From positions 35,774,001-35,838,000 of the forward strand of contig CM060731.1 in NCBI GenBank assembly GCA_030704615.1: a DNA stretch of 64,000 nt, in the 5' to 3' direction. Made by a program: the position numbers and the translations under genes. The notes below the pieces were generated by a model, which was not told where the DNA came from, did no database searches, and saw only the letters and a program-made list of their open reading frames with translations. Numbering within the stretch: the stretch's first letter is position 1; each line of letters starts with the position of its first letter. Origin of the DNA: Takakia lepidozioides. Lineage: Eukaryota > Plantae > Bryophyta. This document shows, piece after piece, positions 13,710 through 24,539 of the stretch.

Positions 13710-14670
13710 GTGTCTCCTATGTGGAGGCCCAAGTGCGACCTCTAGTGTAGCCTGTGTCATTGGCCTATGTGTGAAGAACTGATATATAATAAGACAAAGT
13801 GCAATTTTCTATGTATCCAAAGGCCTCTCCCATGTGCATCTCCTATGTCGAGGCCCATCTAAGCCCAAGCGCAATCTTCTATGTATCCGAGTGCATCTCC
13901 CATGTAGAGGCCCAAGTATTCAGTGTTATCTAAGCCCAAGTGCAATCTCCTATGTATCCAAAGGCGTCTCCTATGTGCGTCTCCTATCTCCTATCTCCTA
14001 TCTCAAGGCCCAATTTTTTTTTTTTCATGAATTTATTGAATAGTGATATCCAATCATTATTGATATATCTCCCGTCTCTAGGGTAGCCTATGCCATTGGC
14101 CCAAGTGTCCAATGTCATCTAAGTCCAAATGCATTTTTTTTCCACATAGCCTACAACCAGATTTGAACTGGAGACCTTTCCCTTGATATCTCTCTTGTCG
14201 AGGCTCCAACCATTGTCCAGGAATGCCTACTTTGCAATTTTTCCTGAATTTCCAACGACCCAAAGTACTTGAGCTTCCACATCTCCCACACCGCAGGTCC
14301 AAAAATTGTGAGACCAAGCCCGTGCACCCCTCCTCACCCCTCCTCATCGAGGGCTTTCCAACGGGATCAAGCACCAGCACCGGGGCCTCGCGGTTTGGGA
14401 CATCTCAACACTACAAAACAAAAATAAAACAAAACAAACAAACAAACTGGCTTCCTTCGTATGTTGGCTATGGTAACCTCTGTCGTTGGCCCAAGTGTCC
14501 AGTGTCATCTAAGTCCAAATGTATCAATATATGAAGCAAAGCCATATCTAGTCTTTTTTTTTTTCCGTAGAGTCTACCTCCAGATTTGAACCGGAGACCT
14601 TTTCTTTGATATCTCCAAGTGCACTCCCCTATATATCAAAGTGTGTCTCCTATGTCAAGGCCCAAATGTG
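13710..14670. repeat. Second block of the GGCCCAAGTG/CTCCTATGT repeat family, with an internal ~130 bp duplication (about 14085-14200 vs 14480-14615)
   Basis: Direct similarity to 7538-7980. The segment GGCCCAAGTGTCCA.TGTCATCTAAGTCCAAATG...CCAGATTTGAAC.GGAGACCTTT is seen twice. Confidence 0.7.
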
Positions 14671-15115
14671 ACATGTTGAAGCGAGTGATAAGGAAGTAAG
14701 GAGAGGTGCTCTAAGACTGCTCTCATCTGAAACTTCCAAAGGTGAAAATTCTCTCGGGAGAACCACTCAACTTTTCCTAAATCCTTATCTATCCACTCTA
14801 CGTAGCACCAACGTACGGAGGGCCCATAACCTATAGAAAATACATATGGTTATAACGTAACATAGCTAATTGGGCAGGGGGCTGCTATTTCATGAGCGGC
14901 ATGAGCATGAGCGGAAAAAAAAAAACATGAGCGGACCATTGTGTGTCCACGGAAATAGGGTTAGGAGGCATGGAAATAGGGTCATATGAAGTTGGAATTT
15001 GGCACCAGTGGACTCGTCATAGCAATGAAATGCAACATTTTATTGCAAATTTTGTGGCAAGCCACATCTATACAAGTGTGTCATAACTGTCATAGCCGGA
15101 ATGGGCACTACTCTC

Positions 15116-18100
15116 CTACACCCTCCGAGGAACTTGCCCCACCTTCCTCCTCATCCCCTCATCCCCCCCATCCTCCGAGCTCTCAGCTACATCAGTTCCA
15201 CTATGCCTCTCAAAAATTCCGTCCTCTCCTTGGAGGACTGTCCACCTCACCTCCTGGGAATTTTCTGCCTCTTCTCCACCATTTTCCTCAGCAGAATCCA
15301 AGACAAATCTACGAGCTTGACGGGCTCTAATAGCTGCTGCCTCCTCCCTCATCTTCATTTTCTTGAGGCTTGCCTCGTCTAATATCTGCTGTACACGACT
15401 AGGTTCGGAAGACCTCCTAATGGACACCGAAGCAAGCCGGGCAGCATAAGTAGGAAGGATGTAGTCCCTTTCTGGACTAGGCATGAAATCACCCCTGGCA
15501 AAAAAAGGCACGTTCCTCCTGCCCATGAATTGCGGTGTAGACGTCCCTCCTGTAGTACTTGGCATCCTGCAGTGAGAACCAATCCACTTTAAGAATGTGA
15601 ATACCAGCAGAAGCAAAAAAAGGTCTTTCAATGAAATAAGAGAGCGAAAGGAGGTGCCTCACGAAATCAGGAGGCAACTTACAATGCGACCACTCACTCG
15701 TAATCGGGGGCTCCTCGGCCTCGATCCCAACTTGTACCTCCCCCTGCTCCTTGTCGGATTCTTCCTCATCCTCCGAGGATGCCTCTTCCTCTTTCGGCAG
15801 ACGTTCAGCCACTGCAAGTTCGGAGTTGTGGAGGGCAGTATCTGGCTCGAAGGCGAAGACATGCCTATCGGACAACGTCCCTACCCACATTGAGGCACCT
15901 GAGGGATAAAGCGGGCGGTTAGTAGCATGCGGCATGCAATTGCAATCGGGCCAGGGGACAAACTGTGCACGTGAAGGCTTACTCGTGTCACATGTGAGGT
16001 CAAGAATCCGCCCTTGGACATTCGAGCACGTCTCTATGAGGGTTTGGATGAAAGCAGGGCTCTGGGTCCGGCTGTACCGCCACGGTTTGCCTGTCTTTGT
16101 GTCCTTCGGCATACAGGAGTGAGGCACATAGTTGTAGAGGACATCGTAGGTAACAGGGTCCACAACGGCATCAACAAGACGACCGTCGTTGCGGAATTTG
16201 AACGTAGACCCTCTCTTCACAAAACAATATGCCTCAAACACCAATGTCCGCACATCCAACAAAAGAGGGATCAACTCCAGGGTCTAGTTCAGATACACCA
16301 CAATATGAAGTGAATGCACTAGATTGATAACTTACACTCTGGCCCTCTGTTTGCAACCCCTGCGTATTGATGCAGAACCATTTTTTGAGGACCGGGGTGA
16401 CACTTTTCGGTGTCCACCTTGCCACATCATTGTCTGTGGTCTTCCCTCTTGTGGCAAGGACCACCATACATCCACCGTCATCCAGGAGCATCCCCGACAG
16501 CCCAAACCCGGCTCTCCAGTAGTCCTCAGTAAACCTTCTAGATGGGCACACCATCCAGGCCCTCCAGCAGCTCCCCATCTGGAATATCGAGGAGAATCAT
16601 ATCGCAAGCTCTCTCCACCTCAACCCCCCCCCCCGAGTGCTCTTGCAATCCGTGCTCACAGCCGTGAAGAATTCCATCATGGATTCGAAACCAGGGGTGT
16701 CTTTAGGCTCTGTACTGGGAGCCCTCTTCTTGGCTTTCCCCTTCTGCTCCGCCACAGACTTGCTGTGTGCCACCTTCTTTGCCCTGGCAGCCAGAGCGTC
16801 AAGGAAGCTCTCATTGACACATTGGATGATGGTTGGGGGTTCTAGCTTTGGCCTCTTCGGAAAAGTCGCCACTGAATACCGCCGTGTAGGCTCGCCCTCA
16901 AATGCCAACTTCTTGGCAGAGCCAGTCCCAGTCCGAACTGACTTGGGAACCCGGACGACCGGTGACTTGGTAGCAGTAGTAGCAGTCGCAGGACCTTGCA
17001 GAAAGTCATCGTCGGAGTCACTCCCTTGGGGCCCCTCCTGCGCCTCCTCTGGTGCCCCGGTGGTTTTCTGTTTTTTGGGGGTTACTGTACTCCCCTGTTT
17101 CCGTGTCCTTTTCTTTTGTCCTTTATTCTTCTCATTCAATTTCTCTTGAATACCTGCCTGAGCAAGCTCTGCCGCTTTCCTGGACTTGGCAAGTGCTCTC
17201 GCCTCCTTTGGACCCAGCGGAGGTAGCGGAGCCCGGTTTCGTCGAGCCTCAGCATCCAGCTTCAATTGAAACTCGGATGAGTCGAGCGAGCCGAACGGAA
17301 GGTCCACATGCCAAGGGCAGTCGCGCAAATGTTCCAGATGCCACTCCTTCACGATAACGTCAGTGTACATGGAGTCAGCCCCAGGGTTTCTCCGTGCGAG
17401 GAAGAATGGCGGCTCGAAGGACATATGATCTTTCTCCAAAAGGGAGAACTTGCAGTATCTGCATTCAAGAAACACACAGAATGAGGTCCCGGGAACGAGG
17501 TAAATTTTAGGGAATGAAACTGCAAAATACACGCTGAATAGACGCCGAACTCACTAGGCCCGGAAGTGGAAAAATGGCGCCGAATTTCCAGTTTCGGTTC
17601 CAGCCACCCCAGGGACTTGGCCATTTTCGGGGGCCCTCAACTGGAAATTCGGCGCCATTTTCCCAGAACTGACTGGGCCTGGAACTGGAAAAATGGCGCC
17701 GAATTTCCGGTTTCGGTGCCTGCCACACTAGGGACTTAGCCATTTTTGAGGCCCGGCACTGGAAAACCGGCGCCATTTTCCCAGGTTGGGGCCGAAAATG
17801 CCTAAGTCCCTGAACTGACTGGGCCCAGAACTGGAAAAATGGCGCCGAATTTCCTGTTTCGGTGCCTGCCACTGTAGGGACTTAAGCCATTTTCGGGGCC
17901 CTGCACTGGAAATTCGGCGCCATTTTCCCAGGTTGGGCCCAAAAATGGCTAAGTCCCAGAGCTGATTGTGCTCGGAACTGGAAAAATGGCGCCGAATTTC
18001 CAGTGCAGGTGCCAACCACCCCAGGGACTTAGCCATTTTCGGGGCCCTAAACTGGAAATTCGGCGCCATTTTCCCAGGTTGGGGCCGAGAATGGCTAAGT

Positions 18101-21100
18101 CCCAGATCTGACTGGGCCTGCAACTGGAAAAATGGCGCCGAATTTCCAGACTGAGTGCCAGCCACACCCTGGACAACCATCCCCCAGCGCCCAATTCGGC
18201 GCCATTTTTCCAAGGACCACAACTAATTTTCATGCGCCACATAAGGCCTCTTACATCCTCGAAATGATAGGACTAAAAAGAAAGGCACACGTATGTACTT
18301 GTACAGAAGGCTTTGTCCGCGTTCGGCTGGTCGGTGAACTCATGGCTCCGGCGGGCATGGGGTATCTCTCGAAAGAATAGGTCGGTTTTGTGGAGCAGAA
18401 AGTACCTTGTCACATAGTCGCGTAGGCTCTCTGCTTCACCATAAATCTCCAGCTTAACTGATGTGCTTGTGTGTCAAGCTGCTCTTGCGCATTCGTCGTT
18501 ACCTGTGGAGATTCTCCATCAGACCGCTTTCCTCAAAAAATACAATAAATCCATCCGATACAAGAGTAGACGCCCCAAATGAAGCGTGGGAAAGTACCTA
18601 AAACCACCATGTCATGCGGTTCATCCACATGTCGAATGTGGGGTCGGACAGTTTGTTGGGTTTGGGGAAGCTCCACATGTCCCTTGTACTTTGGGAACCA
18701 TTCCAGATTTGGAGCCACCGGGTCTGTCCAACCACCCAACATATTAGTAAGCGCCAAACACCACAAAAACGAATTGTTGCCACGACAATTTGATTAAGAA
18801 TGTATAACCTTTTCTGTTGCATCCACACAAGATGTGGCTAGACGATGCAGCTTCTCCAATGTCATCGTGGGCTTCAGAGCGCGGGAGTAGTGCTTCCCCA
18901 CCTCCACCAGAAAATTGGCACCAAGGGCGGGATCAGCTATGGCCACGTACTTTATCATCCGCAACTTGTACTTGATGCAGGCCTTCGCCTCCGCAGCTTT
19001 TAGATACGATTCCAGTGCCGGGAAGGTTAGTTTCTTCTCCTCTGACTCCATGTAGAACCTCCGCGCATGTGCCAAATCCTGCTGAATTTTTGTCTGTCAA
19101 GAATGCCCACATAAGATTAGAGATTCTGCTCAACACTTTTTCTTCTATTGGGGGAGGAGAGACAGATTAGCTCAACAAAATAGTTAGGAGCTTTACCCAA
19201 AATATGTAGTCCACCATGGCGTCCATGCTTAGCCTATACCACGTTCTGTCTGCCTTTGCCTCCGACTTGCGCATGAGGTCGGCACTGAGCGAATTGGCAA
19301 ACTCTTGCACCCCTTGCTTCCCGACATCCTTCACTCAGAAGAGCATATGGGACAAGTTGGTGGCAATGAAGGCATTCTCAGTCACCCTGCAATGCCACAT
19401 TTCCATTAAACAATACAGAAATGAGAATTTGCAACAAATATGATGATTGGCAATGAAATGACTGTTTCAAATTCAAAGTTCCAAAGCAAGAAGCATTGTA
19501 ACTTACGAGTTGATGTCTATCATTGCTGCTTTGAGAAGACTACGATCTTTGGGCCCCGCAACCTTCAGCACAACACACTCAACGGCGAAATGCCAATGCA
19601 GGTCGTTGGGATGGGCTTGGGCTATGTACTCCATCCACGCCAGGAGGCGATGATTGCCGTCCCACACGTAAAACATCTTTCCGGACAAGTGCTGGAAAAG
19701 AGGATCAGTAGCAATCAATCTCTCGAACTCCTCATTTCGCCGTTGCCAATGGGGACCCCATTTGTCCACCTCATCGGAAGTGTGGGCACGAGAAGCTCCG
19801 TGGTTGTTCTCCATGGAAACGTAAAACGCGGCAGACCCCATTCGATATCCCTCCCGGAAAGAGAATTTCATCTTGTCGATATCGCCTGGGAGGGCAGGTC
19901 TCACCACCTGTAATGAAACCAAGCGGCAAAGGGGAATCCGAAGCTTGGCCGGGTACACCATGCCCCCCAGGACCCTGCCAATGTTGCTGTGGGTTGCCTT
20001 CAACATCTTGGCAGTGGCCAACTTCATATCCGCCTCCGACATGACATCTGTTGCAGGGGGGTTCTCCGGCAGCCCACCCGGACAGCCAAATCCAGCCTGC
20101 ATGCTCCGGGTTTGGGGCCTGGGGATGTCCGGGAGGATGTCATCCTGGTCAGAAAGCTCCCTCTCGTCGTCCTCAACATGGTCATCCTCCGCCGGAAGCA
20201 CCTTGAGCACTCTCTCCGTCTCTACTGCCCTCTCCCCGGCTTCACCTCGAACTTGCACAATCCGTGCTCTTTGTGGTGTTCTTTCCCCTCCTCCAGTCTC
20301 CACCGTATGGGTAATTGCGGGGGCTGCTCTTGCCCGCGATGGTGTAACCGGTGTGTTACTGCCTCTTTGTGGTGTCTTGGAGGGATCCACCGTCTGTGTG
20401 CGTCCCTCGCTTACATGGGCATCTGTCATTTCGACACCCCTGGCCTCTTTAGTGGCCTTTTCTCTTTCCTCCTGGCTAGCCTTCTGTCTCGCCTGTTCTT
20501 TTGCCCTCTCTTTTGCCCTCTCACGGGCCTTCTGTTTCTTACTAGGGGTAGCAACTGGGGAGGCCTCCAGAACTACCACCTTTGATTGAGGCAAACTGAC
20601 ACCCTCACGCGCCCTGCTCACTCCCCCCTCCGCAGCCCGTGATGGCTCTCTCGCTGGGGATTGCATGTGCTTGGCTTTCTTCTTCTTCTTTGCGTGGGCG
20701 GGCCCTATTGCATGTGCATCAACATCCTCCATTGCCGGATCTGCTATCCTCATCCGACGCCCTTCACCTGCCATGCCGCCTCCACCAACCTCCCCAATGC
20801 CTATTCTATCGTACTCTCGCTGCAGGTCCTCCCGTCCACCAACAAAAGGATTTAATTTGCCCTCCCGTCCCAAGTTGGGCGATCCAAACATGTGATGAGT
20901 AGTGGCTTTTGGAGTGACTGCTCGAGCAGTTGGAGCTGTCGATGATACCACCAGCGTGTCGGGCTCGTCGTCACTCTGTCATCCCCAAAAATCATGAGAA
21001 CCAACATCGGAATGAAAACCACCATCGCAACGAGCAGCGCAACCACCATCGCAACAATTGTGGAACAACAATGAAAACAAAACAAAACCAAGTATGGAGT

Positions 21101-21772
21101 GGCATGGAACAACAATGAAAACAAATCCAACCAATGCCTAAAAATGACATGCACAAGCAGCCTTCTCCAGAGCTGCCGGCTTTGCACACGCATTGCAGAC
21201 TATCTAAGGTTCACTCAACCAGTAACTTGCAGAAATCAACATGAAACATGATGAACAAATGAACACGAAGTCCATAAGACGGGAAAACAGGGTGAAATGT
21301 TTTGAAGGCACTTCATCTGCTGAGACAATCTTCTCAGCTCAGCATGGATTTCCTTAATTCCGAGATGCAACCGATTATCTACAGCGAGGTGTGCACCCTG
21401 TTGCAAATCTGAATGTAGCAATGACCTGGCTCCTTTCTAACCACTCTGACCTTGATCATTCTTCTCAACAACTCGTGCTTTTGCAATGCAACCATGAGCT
21501 TCCAGGGCTGCCAGGCTGAAGATGCGAAAACAAACAAAAAAAACGAAGAAAAACCGCACATGTTACACAAAGCGAAAGAGGAAGGGGCTTGCCTGAGAGT
21601 GCTCGGCTTCAGTTGGCACGGGCTGTGAACAAGACAATGGAATCTCCTGCTGGAGCTTAAGTTTGGCCATGCGAGAGGTTGGACGTCGCCCGTAGTACAA
21701 AGCCTTCAGCTTCCGCCGCGGTCTGGATGTGGGGTTTCTCTCAGGAGAGCCATGCCCTTCTCCACGCGGCAT
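15116..21772 (-). pseudogene. Spliced gene for a ParB/Sulfiredoxin-like domain fused to a beta-class N4C/N6A DNA methyltransferase fold (disrupted copy)
   Basis: The exon ~20975-19507 contains KLRIPLCRLVSLQVVRP...MFYVWDGNHRLLAW (ParB/Srx DGxHR, 19647-19661). Further exons: ~19387-19198, 19083-18809, 18723-18598, ~18502-18290, ~17458-16336, 16283-15983, 15898-15682, ~15567-15116. MTase motifs appear in beta order: CDMILLDIPDG (motif IV-like, ~16574-16606), LLDDGGCMVVL (VI-like), QSPAFIQTLIETCSNVQGRILDLTCDT/SAS (X-I), RHVFAFEPD (II). Stops at 19335-19337, 18598-18600 and 16538-16540, plus frameshifts. The 5' exons are tentative. Confidence 0.75.
17568..18211. repeat. Array A: ~146 bp tandem units, each with two oppositely oriented GGAAAAATGGCGCCGAATTTCC motifs (10 motif copies), inside an intron
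   Basis: Forward motifs at 17568, 17687, 17833, 17980, 18126. Reverse motifs at 17643, 17761, 17908, 18054, ~18191. Confidence 0.9.
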
Positions 21773-22025
21773 AAGTCCCAGCAAAAGAAAAAAGATCTCG
21801 CAGTATGTGTGCGTACATGCCTCGAATAGAAGTTCATCCAAGTTTAGCATCAGGTTTCCAAGGCGTATCCGGGAAGCAAGCGCGGAATCCCTGTCTAAAG
21901 CTGGTTCAAAACCGACGGCGGAGGACATTTAATGCCCAACTGCGCCATTAAAGGTCGTAGGTATGGAGGTCGGTCACAGGTGCCCCCCCCCCCCCCCACC
22001 CCCGAGACTTCGTCAATCGCCCGCT

Positions 22026-22640
22026 GGATGGAAAAAATCGGCGCCGAATTTCCATCCAGTGGATGAAGTATGACGCAACGAGGCCCTCCCTCCGCCCGAG
22101 CCGTTCTCATCCAGGAGACGCCGGATGGAAATCCGGCGCCGCATTTCCATCCTGCACGCAATTCGGAGCACGACCGGATGGAAATCCGGAGCCGAATTTC
22201 CATCCTTGAGGTAATTCGGAGCGTGGCCGGATGGAAATCCGGCGCCGAATTTCCATCCTTGAGGAAATTCGGAGCGCGTCCCGATGGAAATCCGGCGCCG
22301 AATTTCCATCCTTGAGGTAATTCGGAGCGCGTCCCGATGGACATCCGGCGCCGAATTTCCATCCTTGAGGTAACTCGGAGCGCGTCCGGATGGACATCCG
22401 GCGCCGAATTTCCATCCTTCAGGTAATTCGGAGCGCGTCCGGATGGACATCCGGCGCCGAATTTCCATCCTAGAGGTAATTCGGAGCGCGTCCGGATGGA
22501 CATCCTGCGCCGAATTTCCATCCGCCAGGTAATTCGGAGCGCGGCCGGATGGACATCCGGCGCCGAATTTCCATCCGCCAGGTAATTCGGAGCGCGGCCG
22601 GATGGACATCCGGCGCCGAATTTCCATCCTGCAGGTAATT
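22026..22640. repeat. Array B: ten 53 bp tandem units, each with a 30 bp near-palindrome GGATGGA(A/C)ATCCGGCGCCGAATTTCCATCC, plus one outlying copy
   Basis: Motif starts at 22123, 22176, 22229, 22282, 22335, 22388, 22441, 22494, 22547, 22600, with an extra copy at 22026. The linkers are near-identical. Confidence 0.95.
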
Positions 22641-22821
22641 CAGTCCACCTCATCGATGGAAAACCGGCAAACGAATTTGTCTTTAGCGGACCAGAATGGT
22701 GGGAATAACGTGCCAAATGTGGTCTGTAGGCAAAAAACTCCAAGTTTAGTGTGTAGCCAGACCAAAAAACGTGAAAAACTTGATGCAACGACTATAAATT
22801 GTTGAAGAAGTGCCGATACGG

Positions 22822-24122
22822 GCTTCATCCAACGGGCCTCGGATGGAAATTCGGCACCGTTTTTCCATCCGGGGGATATTCTCTGTCGGCCAGGTGTCGG
22901 CCTCTCCCCCAGAAACGACTTCATCCGGCTGGCCTCGGATGGAAATTCGGCGCCGTTTTTCCATCCGTGGGATGTTCTCTGTCGTCCTGGTGTCGGCCTC
23001 TCCCCCGAGACGACTTCATCCAACGGGCCTCGGATGGAAATTCGGCGCCGTTTTTCCATCCGGGGGATGTTCTCTGTCGGCCAGGTGTCGGCCTCTCCCC
23101 CCGAAACGACTTCATCCGGCAGGCCACGATTGGAAATTTGGCGCCGTTTTTCCATCCGGGGGATGTTCTCTGTCGTCCTCGTGTCGGCCTCTCCCCCCGA
23201 GACGACTTCATCCAAGGGGCCTCGGTTGGAAATTCGGCACCGTTTTTCCATCCGGGGGATGTTCTCTGTCGTCCAGGTGTCGGCCTCTCCCCCCGAGACG
23301 ACTACATCTGCACGCCCTCGGATGGAAATTCGGCGACGTTTTTCCATCCGGGGGATGATCTCAGTCGGCCAGGTGTCGGCCGCTCCCCCCGAGACGACTT
23401 CATCCGGCCGGCCTCAGTTGGAAAGTCGGCGCCGTTTTTCCATCCGGGGGATGTTCTCTGTCGTCCTGGTGTCAGCCTCTCCCCCCGAGACGACTTCATC
23501 CAACGGGCCTCGGATGGAAATTCGGCGCCGTTTTTCCATCCAAGGGATATTCTCTGTCGTCTTGGTGTCGGCCTCTCCCCCCGAGACGACTTCATCCAAC
23601 GGGCCTCGGTTGGAAATTCGGCGCCGTTTTTCCATCCGGGGGATGTTCTCTGTCGTACACGTGTCGGCCTCTCCCCCCGAGACAACTACATCCGCACGCC
23701 CTCGGATGGAAATTCGGCGACGTTTTTCCATCCGGGGGATGATCTCATCTGGGGGATGTTCTCTGTCGGCCAGGTGTCGGCCTCTCCCCCCGAAACGAGT
23801 TCATCTGGCCGGTTTTGGTTGGAAATTCGGCGCCGTTTTTCCATCCGGGGGATATTCTCTGTCGTCCAGGTGTCGGCCTCTCCACCCGAGACGACTACAT
23901 CCGTACGCCCTCGGATGGAAATTCGGCGCCGTTTTTCCATCCGGGGGATGATCTCAATCGGCCAGGTGTCGGCCTCTCCCCCCGTGACAACTTCATCCAA
24001 CGAGCCTCGGATGGAAATTCGGCGCCATTTTTCCATCCGGGGGATGTTCTCTGTCGGCCAGGTGACTGACTCACCCCCAAGACGACTTCGTCTGACTGGC
24101 CTCGGATGCAAATTCGGCGCCG
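22822..24122. repeat. Array C: fourteen ~96 bp tandem units, each with GGATGGAAATTCGGCGCCGTTTTTCCATCC, inverted relative to array B
   Basis: Motif starts at 22841, 22937, 23032, 23128, 23224, 23320, 23416, 23512, 23608, 23704, 23817, ~23913, 24009, ~24104. Confidence 0.95.
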
Positions 24123-24539
24123 CTGTTGTATGTTGACTTTTGGCAGCGAGGTTCTGGCACTCAATCTTGTAATCAGACCCACTGGAATGCCACCTCTGTC
24201 AGTTCCCTCTGTCCATGGGGAAGGTGCTTGCACGCTCGCCCCCCCACGCTTCTTGTCAAACGTCGTAATGATTGGTTTGCGCAGCGCATCTACACACGTC
24301 ATGTAACTTCTGGCTGCATACCATTGGCAGTAATTGCGCAAAGGCCAGGAGCCGCATTCCGCAGACATGGTTCATTAACTCTCTCACAGTGGATTTTCGG
24401 GAGAGTGGGCTCCCCGGATTCGTGAATAGGCTTCGTCGCTTGCAAAATCGGCCCTGCATTGCTTCCCCTCGCTGCATCCCCCCTTCTCCCAGGGCGCTTG
24501 TCCGAACGCCGTCCTGGCAGTCTTGTGTGCACAACTCCC

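Noticed and set aside
22026-24122. CRISPR-like appearance (30 bp palindromic repeats at regular spacing)
   Set aside because: The spacers are near-identical to each other rather than unique, there are no cas genes, and the context is eukaryotic. These are tandem repeats.
21895-24136. Long ORFs (up to 445 aa) over arrays B and C, and similar ORFs over array A
   Set aside because: They are open in several frames on both strands because the GC-rich repeat units lack stops (96 bp = 32 codons). No protein-like signal.
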